From Malacoraja senta (lineage: Eukaryota): a DNA stretch of 64,000 nt. Below the pieces are notes generated by a model. That model worked only from the letters and a program-made list of their open reading frames with translations, had not been told where the DNA came from and did no database searches. A program made the translations under genes and the position numbers. Positions 25,141-37,035 of this stretch are shown here, in pieces. Position 1 is the stretch's first letter; the number at the start of each line of letters is the position of its first letter. The stretch is taken from positions 6,138,001 to 6,202,000 of the forward strand of contig CM075988.1 of assembly GCA_038087875.1 (NCBI GenBank). The letters are read 5' to 3'.

Positions 25141-26101
25141 CGGTCATCTCTAAACTAAACCAAAGTGACTCTCTTAAGGAGCTGGCTCAGATGGCAAAGC
25201 ATCAACCGAAGGAACCTTTCACTGATTTAATGGATGGGGAGACCCTTGCGGGAGTGTTGACCACATCAGCCCACCTCAGCAAACCCAAGGCACCCTGTCC
25301 AAGCTGAGACGCTCGCTGCAGAGAGTGCAGGAGGAGAGGCAGCGTTACCGAGGCACTCTCTGGTCTGGCACGCTGATCTAATCTGTCTCTACCCTAGAGG
25401 ACGGGAAACAATTGAAGAACTGTAGCCTCAGCCTGCCTCTGTCAGCACCACAGCTGTCATCTTGCACGCTGAGCTCCACAATGCCGGGACACTATGAGAA
25501 ACCCACCAGGCCAAGACTCTGCCTTCGAAATAATCCTTGCTTTAATCACGCATACATTTTTTGGACAGACCGATGAAACGATTTGGCCAACGGACGTCCT
25601 GTTTGAGAATCATTTTGGGATAGTGGGGGGCAGGGGTGGTGAGAGCAGGTGGGAGGCTTGGAAACACTGGCCCTCCATCCGTTACACAGTGACACTTTAT
25701 CCCCAGTCTGGATCGCAGCACGGTCGGCCACAATCGCTCATTCTTTTTTCCCAGGGTTGGGGTGAAGGGGAGAAGGAGGCTGACAGTCAGGCTTGTCTGT
25801 GGCGGGCGGAATCCTTTCACACACTCCCCCGCTGTTTGCAGTCAGATCACTTTACACACCGGCTGGCTGTCGGCTGAGATGGGACAGGCGTGCTAGGGCC
25901 CCTGCTTACTAATGGCAGCAACTCGCTGTATCATCTGGCCGTTAACCCTTACAGCGGCCAGATCCCACAGCAAAGGAGCGATCTTCATTCATAGAGCGAT
26001 ACAGTGTGGAAACAGGCCCTTCAGTCCAACTTGCCCAAACCAACCAACATATCCCAGCTACACTAGTCCCACCTGCCTGCATTTGGTCTATATCCCTCCA
26101 A

Positions 26102-26481
26102 GTAAGTAAGTAAGTAAGTAAGTTAATTGGCCAAGTATTCACATACAAGGAATTTGCCTTGGTGCTCCACCCACAAGTGACAACATGACTTACAGTGACA
26201 GTTACGAATGACTCAGAAAACACTAAACATTAATAATAATAAAACATTAATGATAAAACACCATTGATCAAGCATGTGAACCAATAAAATACCAGATCAA
26301 AGGGAGGCTACAGATTTTTGGCTGTTGAGTAGAGCAACTACTCGTGGATAAAAACTGTTTTTATGTCTGGCTGTGGCAGCTTTGACAGTCTGGAGTCGCC
26401 TTCCAGAGGGAAGTGATTCAAAGAGTTTGTGGCCAGGGTGAGAGGGGTCAGAGATGATCGTGCCCGCTCGCTTCCTGGCTT
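26102..26481 (-). mobile_element. Young Rex/Babar 3' fragment (third family) nested in a minus-strand CR1 3' end (~25990-26665)
   Basis: ARKRAGTIISDPSHPGHKLFESLPSGRRLQTVKAATARHKNSFYPRVVALLN; (CTTA)n tail; TSD CTCCAA (26096-26101 / 26482-26487). Confidence 0.9.
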
Positions 26482-27214
26482 CTCCAAACATGTCCTATCC
26501 ATCCATGTACCTGTCTAACTGTTTCTTAAACGTTGGGATAGTCCCAGCCTCAACTACCTCCTCTGACAGTTTATTCTGTACACCCACCACCCTCTGTGTG
26601 AAAACGTTACCCCTCAGATTCCTATTAAATCTTTTCCCCTTCACCTTGAACCTGTGTCCTCTGGATAGTCCTGTGGTGGGTCTGTCCAATGAAAGGCATT
26701 GTTTTGCCTGCTACCTGGACTGATGAAATTCCGTGCATTGACCCGATCTAGTCCTCTCACTCCTTGCAAGACAAAAAGAAGCAAGCAAGAGTTGTAGAGT
26801 GACAAAGCAGAGAAAGAGGCCCTTCGGCCCAGCATGTTCATGCTGACCATCAACTGACCATCATCTATTCTCTTAATCAGTTAATTCAATTAATTAATTA
26901 AATTGTGCTTATTGTGCTGACAGAGGAAAACTGGGACAAAATGACAGATAATTAAAGAAACCGGCACAGTGGCGCAGCGGTAGAGTTGCTGCCTTACCGC
27001 GTGGGCTTTCTCCGGGTGCTCCGGTTTCCTCCCACACTTCAAAGGTGTGCAGGTTTGTAGGTTAATTGGCTACGTCCAAATAAAATTGTGATTTGTCCCT
27101 AGTGTGTAGGATAATGCCAGTGAGCAGAGAGATTACTGGTCAGTGAGCCGAATTCCTTCCTAATTATTTCACTGTATCTCGGTACACGCGACAGTATAGG
27201 AAGCATTCAACAAA

Positions 27215-27560
27215 TACGTTTGGCCAATATCCTTCTAAGCCTATCCTATCCAACTACCTGTCCAAGTGTCTTTTAAAGGCTTTTATAGTATTTGCCTCAG
27301 CTACCTTCTCTGGCCTCTCATTCCATGCACGCACCACCCAATGTGTAAACAAGTTGCTCCTCAGGTTCCTTTTAAATCTTTCCACCCTCATCTTAAACTT
27401 ATATCCTCTGGTTCTTGATTTTCCAACTCTGGGTAAAAGACTGTGCATTTACTCTATCTATCCCTTTCATGATTTTATACACCTCTATAAGATCATCCCT
27501 TATCCTTCTGCACTCCAAGGAATAAAGTCCTAGCCTGCTCAACCTCTCCCTATAGCTCAG
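27215..27560 (-). mobile_element. CR1 3' fragment
   Basis: SLLPRVGKSRTRGYKFK..FKRNLRSNLFT..WNERPEKV. Confidence 0.85.
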
Positions 27561-27627
27561 TAGAAGTTGTGTTCACTGTCGTACATAGCATTGTAAGGCA
27601 CCGTGCCCGTTGATGTTTTCAACGATG

Positions 27628-28453
27628 ATAGAATAGAATAGAATGCCTTTTATTGTCATTCAAACAGACAAGGTTTGAACGAAATTTCATTCCTGCAGTC
27701 ATGACATTACAAAAAAAAAAAACAAGACACGAACTTAACACAATTTACGCAAACATCCATCACAGTGAATCTCCAACACCTCCTCACTGTGATGGAAGGC
27801 AAAAGTCTTATCTCTTCCCTTTGTTCTTCTCCCGCGGTCCAGCAGTCCAACTGCAGCGTCGAGGCGACTGGGGCTCACGATGTTAAAGCTCCCGGCGGGC
27901 GATGGTAAGTCCCGCGGCCGTTTAAGCCACGCCGGGCGATGTTAGGCCCCGCTCCGAGTCATTTAAACCCCCAGCGATTCCGGCGGGAGAAGTTGCCGTT
28001 GCGGGAGCTCCGAAAAGCGGTCTCCCACCAGGGACCTGCGAGCTCCCGATGTTCCTGTCCACCGGGCCTGCGGCTGGAGCCTCTGAAGCTCCGAAGTCAG
28101 GTTGCAGCCACGTGCGCCACCACAGTTTTATCCCGTTCCAAAGACGGCCAGCTCCGCGATGGCAGGTCCGCAGGCTCCGCGACTGGAGCCATCAGGTTGG
28201 CTCCTGTTGGAGGCCGCTGCCGGCTCCACGATGTTAGGCCCAACAACACCGGAGACCCGACAGGGAAGAAGTCGGGTCCCCGCACAGGGAAGAGATTAAA
28301 CAGTTTCCCCACCACCCCCCACCCCCTCCCCACCCCCCACACATATACACAACTAAAAAATAATAAAAAAACATACATCTAACGGAACAACATTTTTTAA
28401 AAAAGACAGACGGACTGCAGTCCAGCAGCTGCCGTTAGGCGCCACCACACTCC
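27628..28453 (-). mobile_element. GC/CpG-rich non-autonomous retroposon, apparently full length, unclassified
   Basis: (TTCTA)n tail after ATGACAATAAAA on the minus strand; 13-bp perfect hairpin 27756-27796; repeated CGATGTT; probable 5' end near GGTGGCGCCTAACGGC. Confidence 0.65.
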
Positions 28454-28639
28454 AGCCAGATGAGATTTAAAAAAAAAAATTTAAATAAAAAAAATTTAAT
28501 AAAAAAAATAAAATTTAAAAAAAAGTGTTCGGCACGGACTTGAAGGGCCGAGATGGCCTGTTTCCGTGCTGTAATGGTTATATGGTTATATGATTATATG
28601 GTGCTGCTCCAGATGATGATGGTGATGATGATGATGCTG

Positions 28640-28846
28640 CTTAGCTAACAATGAACCATTCTACATTTCCTTATCATCGTCTGTTTTGATCTGTCGCTTT
28701 CACACCTTACCCTTCCATATCTCTGGACACACTCTCCCCTGACTCTCAGTCTGAGGAAGGGTCTCGACCCCAAAACGTCACCCATTCCTATTCTGCAGAG
28801 ATGCTGCCTGTCCCGCTGAGTTACTCCAGCGTTTGTGTGCCTATCT
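28640..28846 (+). mobile_element. Penelope-like 3' UTR
   Basis: AGCTAACAATGAACCATTCTACATTTCC...CTCTCAGTCTGAGGAAGGGTCTCGACCC; homologous to 30222-30432 and to the reverse complement of 17430-17540. Confidence 0.75.
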
Positions 28847-29799
28847 TTAATATTTTCCATGCTCCTTTTAGAAATAGAAATGAAAAAGAGAAGCAGGAAT
28901 AAGTCACACCCTCAGTTCCACCTTCCTGTCAGATTATGGGTGGTCCAGCACGTTAACCTTCTTGTTTGATCTTCGAACGACTAAACACCTATTGATCTCA
29001 GCAATGTGTACAGCCAAGGACTGGGCATGCACAGTCATCCAAGTTAAGAATTCCAAAAGTGTATTACTCACTGTGCAAGGAAATTGCTCCTCAGGCCCAT
29101 TCTAAATGACTGACCCTAGACATGGACTTGTGCACTGAGACAAAATAGCTACCGGGCACAAGCACTCCGGCACTCTGTATCGAGGTGTATACGTCTCAAT
29201 GAAGTCATGTCTCATTCATCTCATCTTCAGTGAATGGCACTTCCTCAGAGTACTTGTCACCAGATAGCCCTTTATCCCCGGAATTAGTCTAGTGGATCAA
29301 CTTCTGTATGGGCATGTGGATGCGCAGGGAATGAAAGGACATGGATTACATGCAGGCAGATAAGATAAGCACTTTGTAATGCTGCCTGACCTGCTGGGTT
29401 ACTCCAGCACTTTGTGTCTATTTTCAGGCAGATAAGATTTGGCCTTGGGATTATGTTAGGTGCAAACCTAACAGATCACAGGACTGAAGTGCCTGTGCTG
29501 TGCTGTGCTCTTCAATGTTCTCATGACTCCAAGGTTAGTTTATCTATCCTCAGAAACTAAAATTGCACCTTGGGAAGATCGTGTTGAGTATGTGAATGGT
29601 GTGGTCTGACAGAGTGTAACTAGGGCTTGTGGAAGACTCTCATGGCAATGCCAAAGTGCTTGCTGGGTTGACTGATTGATTGAAAGAAACAGCATGGACA
29701 CAGGCCCTTCGGCCCACCAGGTCCACACTGACCATCATTCACCATTCCCACTAGTTCTATGTTATTCCAACTTTTGCATCCATTCCCTCCAAGCCAGGA

Positions 29800-29973
29800 T
29801 TAGACACAAAATGGTGGAGTAACTCAGCGGGACAGGCAGCTTCTCTGGAGAGAAGGAATGGGTGACGTTTCGGGTCGAGACCCTTCTTCAGACTTCTCGA
29901 TCCGAAACGTCAACCATTCCCTCTCTCCAGAGATGCTGCCTGTCCCGCTGAGTTACTCCAGCATTTTGTGTCT
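29800..29973. mobile_element. Penelope-derived fold-back element with an intact hammerhead-like core on the minus strand (29864-29891)
   Basis: Inverted arms; minus strand reads CTGAAGA-A-GGGTCTCGACCC-GAAAC-GTC. Confidence 0.8.
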
Positions 29974-30446
29974 ATCTTTGGTTTAAACCAGCATCTGCGG
30001 TTCCTTCATACATCCTACAAGCCAGAGTCAAGTTACAGCCGCTAATTAATTTACAATCCTGCACTTCTTTGAGATGTGGGAGGAAACCGGAGCACCCGGA
30101 GGAATCCCATGCGGCCACAGGGAGAACGTGCAAACTCCACACAGACAGCAGCCAAAGTCAGGATCAAACCTGGGTCTCTGGAGTTGTGAGGCAGCAGCTC
30201 TACCAGCTTTGCTCAGCCAATATGTCACCTTTCCCCCAGCGAACAATGAACCATTCTACATTTCTTTGATCATCGTCTGCTATGATCTGTCCTTTTCACA
30301 CCTCGCATTTCCATATCTCTAGTCTCCCCTGACTCTCAGTCTGAAGAAGGGTCTTGACCCGAAACATCACCCATTCCTTCTCTCCAGAGATGCTGCCTTT
30401 CCCCGCTGAGTTACTCCAGCATTTTGTGTCTCTATTCACAAAGTTA

Positions 30447-30674
30447 AGGGCCTGTCCCACTTGGGCGTCATTTGCGCGTCATTTACGCGACATCATTTAT
30501 GCGCCACGACGCACGACGCACGACGCGCGCATGGTGCGCATTACGCGCGCATGGTGCGTGCTGACGTAGGCGGTGACGCGCGGTCACGCACGCCGCCCCA
30601 GGATTTTGGGATGTACAAAATATTTGCGCGCCTTCTGCGTGACGTGCAAACGGCGCCCAAGTGGGACAGGCCCT
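30447..30674. mobile_element. Harbinger-like MITE (228 bp)
   Basis: TIR AGGGCCTGTCCCACTTGGGCG / CGCCCAAGTGGGACAGGCCCT; flanks TTA / TAA; CpG-rich body. Confidence 0.85.
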
Positions 30675-31217
30675 TAACGGATCACTTTGCAAGGTTCCAT
30701 AAATGACCTAAGACGTGCGAAGTTGGTCTACGTTATTTGCTTATTTAGTACCAGTGACTGCATTTCAGACATGATTCAATGGGTGTGTATCATTTCAACC
30801 AGAACATGACGAATTGCTGCAAGAAAAATCTTTCTGCATGTCTAAACGGATTAACTTAAAATGTTTAAGTTAAAATGTCTGCCCTTGTTCCCCTCCTTCA
30901 TTAACACAGGAATATGTCTGACATAAGTGACATTCCATGTGATGTTTCTAATGGGTATTACATGAGGCTCCCTGGAACATGCAGAGGAAGTAAAATAGCC
31001 CAGTGAAACATTCCTTCCTTAATTGGCAGCTGTCTGATATTAATGGATGCATTTTCCCAGTTGAATGCACGTGTCATTTTGCCTGATGTTTCCCCAGCTC
31101 GAAACACAAAATATGATTCTGAATGAGTTAACTTATTGCCGAACCCCCTATTCCCTCCCCACCAACACAGGTCACATAAACAGACCCGAAGAGAGACTAA
31201 GACGCAGCCCTCAGTAA

Positions 31218-31565
31218 CAGTGGATGTGGAGAGGATGTTTCCACTGGTGGGAGAGTCCAGGACCAGAGGTCATAGCCTCAGAAATAAAGGGCACTCTTTT
31301 AGAAAGGAGGTGAGGAGGAACTTCTTTAGTCAGAGGGTAGTTAATCTGCAGAACTCATTGCCACAGAGGTCTGTTGAGGCCAAGACAGTGGATATTTTTA
31401 AGGCAGAGATAGACAAATTCTTGATTAGAACGGGTGTCAAGGGTTATGGGGAGAAGGCAGGCAAATGGGATTAGGAGACAGAGATCAGCCATGATTGAAT
31501 GGCGGAGTTGACTCGATGGGCCGAATGGCTTAATTCTACTCTTATAACTTGTGAATTTGTGTGAA
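31218..31565 (+). mobile_element. CR1 3' fragment
   Basis: VDVERMFPLVGESRTRGHSLR..GYGEKAGKWD*. Confidence 0.9.
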
Positions 31566-32697
31566 CAGTGAATCTGACTTGCATTGCAGCAAGGTCTCGA
31601 CTCCCCGCAAGTCATTGGCTTGTTCTGTCTGTGGCTGTTTCCTTTATAGATTCGGGTGGGGGGGAATGGGGGCGTGAGAAAGGGAATTAATTCTGGGGAC
31701 ACAGGGAACTGCTGATGCTGAAATGCTAAATCTCGAGTAATGCACAAAGTCTGGAGCAACTCAACAAGTCAAGCAGCATCTGTGGAAGGAATGGACATTT
31801 TGGGTCAGGATCCTTCTTCGGACTGATTGTAGTTGTGGAGAGAAAGTTAGAAAAGACTTGTGGGTGGGACAAAGCCTGGCAAGTGATAGGTGGAGATACA
31901 AGGAACTGCAGAGGCTAGCTTACAAAACAAAAACACAAAGTGCTGGAGTTACTCAACGGGTCAGGCAGCATCTCTGGAGAACATGGATAAGTAACGTTTC
32001 AGGTCGGGACCCTTCTTCACCCTGGAGAAGGATCTGAGGAAGGGTTGCGACCCAAAATGTCACTTATGCATGTTCTCCAGAGGTGCTGACAGACCAAGTG
32101 ATACTGTAGGTGGATACAGGTGAGGGGTGGGGTTGCTTCTTGGCAGATGGGTGGACATGTTGTGCACTGGGGTTGGGTGGAGGGGAGGGGGGTGGTGCTC
32201 AGGAACGAGAAAGGGGGAAGAGAGTTTGATACTTAAAATTGGAGAATTCAATATTTGAACAGTTCTGTCTATACCAGCAGGGGTCGCTGTGTCCAAGCCT
32301 GGCCTCCCATCCACACATCTGCCAAAGTGATTTTCTACACTCTTGATCCGAGGTATGGTGACTGATGGGATGGAAATAGAAACGAGTTCATATCTGGGAG
32401 AAAACTGGGAAAATGTCGATTCAGGAATGTTGGCATTCGATTCAGCCCCAGATGACTTTTAGTTTTAGTCTATCTCAGCCTGGCAAAACCATTGCACTGT
32501 GAACCTGAGTTTGCATTAAGAACTTCTCATGATGTTCCCAGTTTCCCACTGCATCGAGAGATGGGAGTGATAGCCAGTTCGAAGTGGCATTGATGTTCTT
32601 CAACCATGGAGCAGGTGGTCAGCCATCTTTAGCATGCACTCCCCTGGTGCATTCTCATCACTGGTCCCTGTGTCCAAGGGAACCAGGCTTAGATGGA

Positions 32698-33378
32698 TAA
32701 TAATAATAATAGATTTTATTTATATAGCGCTTTTCAGGACTCAAAGTCGCTTTACAATTGAGAGTCAGGAATAAACAAAACAAAATAGAGCAGTAAGACA
32801 AAGGGGAGGGGAACATGGGACTAAGGGTATGCAGAGGTGAAGAGATGGGTCTTGAGGCGGGACTGGAAGATGGTGAGGGACTCAGAATTTCGGACCGGTT
32901 GTGGGAGGGAATTCCAGAGCCTGGGAGCTGCCCTGGAGAAGGCTCTGCCTCCAAAAGTGCAGAGGTTTGATTTCGGAGTGGAGAGGAGACCAGCTGATGT
33001 GGATCTGAGGGACCGTGAGGGTTGGTAGGGGGAGAGGAGGTCAATGAGATAAGGGGGGGGGGCAGGTTGTTGAGGGCTTTGTAGGTGAGGACCAGGATTT
33101 TGTAGGTGATCCGGTGGGAAATGGGAAGCCAGTGAAGTTCTTTGAGAACTGGGGTGATGTGGTGCCAGGATTTGGTGTGGGTAATGAGTCGAGCGGCTGC
33201 ATTTTGGACCAGTTGGAGTCGGTTGATGCTGCTGGAATTGATTCCGAAAAGAAGAGAGTTACAGTAGTCCAGTCGGGAGGAGATGAAGGCATGGATGAGT
33301 CTTTCAGCAGCGGGGGGTGTGAGAGAGGATCTGATTTTTGCAATGTTGCGGAGGTGAAAAAATGATGTTTTGACAACA
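32698..33378 (-). mobile_element. Young L2-clade LINE 3' fragment
   Basis: Minus strand KTSFFHLRNIAKIRSSL..AFISSRLDYCNSLL..QLVQNAAARL..HITPVLKELHWLPI..LWNSLP; one frameshift in the G10 run at 33053-33062; (TAT)n tail. Confidence 0.92.
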
Positions 33379-33491
33379 TGGCATGTGATTTAGCCTTGTC
33401 TATCTGATCTAGAATTATCAGGACCTGTTGTCATCTGGAAACAAACTGCTCACTAATCGAACATAATCGTGGAATGCAGAAATAACATCGC

Positions 33492-33800
33492 TTAGTTTGT
33501 TTTTTAGTTGAAGAGATGCAGTGCGGAAACAGGTCCTTCGGCCCACCGAGTCCGCGCCAACTAGCAATCCCCGGACACTAGCTCTATCCTACACACACTA
33601 GGGACAATTTACAATTTTTACTGAATCTAATTAACCTACAAACCTGTACGTCTTTGGAATATGAAAGGAAACCAGTGCACCCGGGGAAAGCCCACACTGT
33701 CACTGGGAGAAGGAACAAACTCCGTACAGACAGCACGTAGTCAGGATCGAATTAGTGTCTCCGGTGCTGTAAGGCAGCAACTCTACCGCTGCGCCATCAT
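33492..33800 (-). mobile_element. V-SINE
   Basis: V-domain and CR1-type tail on the minus strand. Confidence 0.85.
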
Positions 33801-34319
33801 GACACCTCTTCTTCCTCTGGATCATTGGAAATATAACCTGACCAGTTCTAAGGTCTCTAAGGTTCCACTCTCTACGAACATGTGGCTGTTCAAAACTCTG
33901 CTACCAGTCATGAATCACATTTCGAGGTTATGGCCTCTACTAGCTTTTGTTTAACAAATAAACCATTTTCAAAATATACACCCTTCCTTTAAAATCCTTT
34001 TACAATCTCCTCCTTAAGATGTACCTGCATCCCTCCAGTACTTAAATTCTTCTTCCAACGTTGCCTTCCGATGCCGAGAGACAAATTCCAAGGAACTATG
34101 GAATTCCATCCAAAATTCTCCCCTTCCCCAACTGTCTTCCCTCCATGTAGATTCCCGTTAATGACTGAATCTTTCACCAAGTTGTGGTTATCTGAACTAA
34201 TCCTCCATGCATTGCTCAATGACTTTGGTCTTCGTTTGCCTTGGTATGTATTTTAAACATTACAGGCATTATGTAAACGGAGGTAATCGTTGTGTGGGTT
34301 GTTGTTTCAATACGACCAT

Positions 34320-34612
34320 TAGACCATCAGATATAGGAGCAGAATTAGGCCATTGGCTCATCAAGTCTACTCTGCCATTCAATCATGGCTAATCTATTTT
34401 TCCCATCTCAGCTCCATTCTCCTGCCTTCTCTCCATAATCCCTGACACATTTACTAATCAATAATTTATCGATCTCTGCTTTAAAAATACCCAATGACTT
34501 AGCCTTCACAGATATCTGTGGTAATGAATTCCACAGATTTGCCACCATCTGGCTGAAGAAATTCCTCCTCATCTCCATTCTGAAGGTACATCCTTTCATT
34601 CTGAGGCGGTGC
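34320..34612 (-). mobile_element. CR1 3' fragment
   Basis: RRNFFSQMVANLWNSLPQ..YGEKAGEWS*. Confidence 0.85.
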
Positions 34613-35443
34613 ACCTTAAGAAGGATCCAAATGCTTTGCAACCACTGACATACTTTGAAGGAATGGTTACTGTTGTAGTAGATAGACAGATAATGCTGGA
34701 GTAACTCAGCGTCGCAGGCAACATCTCTGCTGCCTGTTACTCCAGCTTTGTGTGTCTATCTTCGGTTTAAACAAACATCTGCAATTCCTTCCCACACATT
34801 TCGCCCCCTTAGTTCTCAGGAGCCCCCCCCCAGGCCGGGTCCCCCTTAGTTCTCAGCCTGTTGCTATGCGATACTGTTCTATGTTTTCTGCTCTAAGGTT
34901 CAGTTTATAGAGTGGCCTCTGCAGACTGAAGTGTTTGCCTAAATTCTGGTGCTCAAAACTTAGGGGTTGTAATTTGAACCAATGATCTTCTAACAGGGAT
35001 GAGATATGTAGGAAGGAACTGCAGATGCTGGTTTAAACCGAAGATAGACACAAAGCGCTGGAGTAACTCAGCAAGCCAGGCAGCATCTCTGGAGAGAAGG
35101 AATGGGTGACGTTTTGGGGTGGAGACCCTTCTTCAGACAAGGAGGAGAGTGTTTGCCACTGAGTGTGGCTGACCCTTCTTGTCTTTGATCTTTTCCCAGT
35201 ATTGCTTTGATAATAATTGAAAAAAAAAAGCAATTGCAAATTGTTAGAGCTTTATGCCTCTCCAACCCCGCTCTGAATTTTTACCATCAACCATCAATTC
35301 CCTGCATGGTCTTCTCAATCCACACCAGGGCCCTTGTGATCTGCGTGGAAGGCCCATGTTCCCTTTGTTTGTGTAAGCACAATGATGACAGCTGAATCGT
35401 ACCTACTGTAACTTATGTTTGATTGTTACAGTCGCCAGAGGAT

Positions 35444-35528
35444 AGGGGGAGGGGTGTCTTGGGGGAGGGGGAGGGGGGGAGGGGGAGGGGGGGAGGGGGA
35501 GGGGGGGAGGGGGGGAGGAGTGGGGGGT
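35444..35528 (+). repeat. G-rich (GGGGGA)n tract, G-quadruplex-prone
   Basis: More than 10 consecutive G-runs. Similar tracts at ~44975-45033 and, C-rich, at ~47423-47470. Confidence 0.8.
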
Positions 35529-36066
35529 TAGCCTGAGCCCTCTTGGTGAGTGGTTCATGTAAGCTGTGACCAGCCTGGCTTTATATAACGGACTAAACAT
35601 TAAATAAACAAGACCAAGTGTTGCATTGCTACCAGTAAGTGGGAACTGGGGAAGGTTCTGCCCTCATGTTCACTTCCCTGGAGACTCTCTGGTTCTGGCT
35701 GCTGTTTTGAAAATAAAGTTTACTTTAGCAATAAATGAAAGCCCTCACACAGAAAACTAGTTAAAACCCTGAAAGAGTAATTGGGAGGCTCGGGTTACAG
35801 GTAATGGACTGGTACTGTGAGAAACCCGGCTTGTATTATGTTTGGACATGGTTAAAACAAAAGCCTACTTAATCCCAATAAGGATGATCCCACAGTGCGT
35901 ACTCCACACCTTGAACTGGGGAAAGTGGGTGAGAAAGATTTAATTCCATCCTAAGAGTGGAAATATCGGTCTGTGGAAGCCAGAGAAGGGACTGCAGATA
36001 CTGGAAATCTGAAACAAAGCTGGAAATACTCAACAGGTTAGGCAGCGTCGGTGGAGAGAGAAATAA

Positions 36067-36716
36067 AAGGCCTGTCCCACTTAGGCGACTTCTTTGGCGA
36101 GTTTAGGAGACTCTGCGCTCGCCACAAGATCGCAACATGGTCGCAAGTGGTCTCCTTCACGGTCGGGAGGAGTTCCCGCTTTCTGGGAACTAGTCACGGC
36201 CTCAGTATGGTGGGCGAAAAATTTTCAACATGTTGAAAAAATGGTCGCCATGGAGAAAATCGATACTTTTGTAGTCATAGGCCTAGTCATAGTGGGGTTG
36301 CCATGTTATCGTAGGTAATCGTAGGTAGTTGTGATAGTCGTAGGTAGTCTTAGTTAATCGCCTCTGCTGCCCGGTCATTTTCAATGGCTCGTTGCCAAAG
36401 GAAAGGTATGTAAACGGCAGCACGTGATGCGCTGTCATTCCAGTGCGCGGTCATTGTGCAATTTTTCTTTCAGTGGATCAGACGGTGTTCTGTGAGCGTG
36501 GGTGTAGTCGTCTGTAAGTCGAAGGTGGTCATCTTCAGTCATCACTATTGGGTCGCCAATTGTCACGAGGGCATCGGCGATGAAGTCGTAGATAGTCGTA
36601 GCTTGTCTTCTAGATTGTCATGGGATGCGTTTGATACATTCGCTTTTCGGCGATTCAACAAGACTATGACAGTCCCCTAAACTCGCCAAAGAAGTCGCCT
36701 AAGTGGGACAGGCCCT
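36067..36716. mobile_element. Harbinger-like MITE (650 bp)
   Basis: ~45-bp TIR GGCCTGTCCCACTTAGGCGACTTCTTTGGCGAGTTTAGG; TAA TSD on both sides (36064-36066 / 36717-36719). Confidence 0.88.
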
Positions 36717-36779
36717 TAACTGTCTGCTTTGACTGGTGATATTGGAACTGCATTATAGAACTTTGCCCCTTTCAACATA

Positions 36780-37035
36780 GGGGTAGCACAGTGGCGCAGC
36801 GGTGGAGTTGTTGCCTTACAGCGCTTTTAGCGCCAGAGACCTGGGTTCGATCCTGACTATGGTTGCTGTCTGTACGGAGTTTGTACGTTCTCTCTGTGAC
36901 CCCGTAGGTTTTCTCTGAGATCTTTGGTTTCCTTCCACACTCCAAAGATGTACAGGTTTGTAGGTTAATTGGCTTTGTACAAATGTACATTGTCCCTAGT
37001 GTGTGTCGGATAGTGTTAATGTACGGGGATCGCTG
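36780..37035 (+). mobile_element. V-SINE, 3'-truncated
   Basis: A box TGGCGCAGCGG, B box GGTTCGATCC, V-domain. Confidence 0.88.

Noticed and set aside
25932..25963. Small hairpin ATCTGGCCG..CGGCCAGAT as a miRNA
   Set aside because: The stem is only ~11 bp, too short for a pre-miRNA.
30444..30677. TTAA-targeting (piggyBac/Kolobok) interpretation of the MITEs
   Set aside because: TTAA/TTAA fits this copy (and possibly 46353), but 36067, 42453 and 56476 fit TAA/TAA with an AGGGCC terminus.
33989..34219. 76-aa minus-strand ORF in AT-rich unique sequence
   Set aside because: No recognisable domain or splice context.
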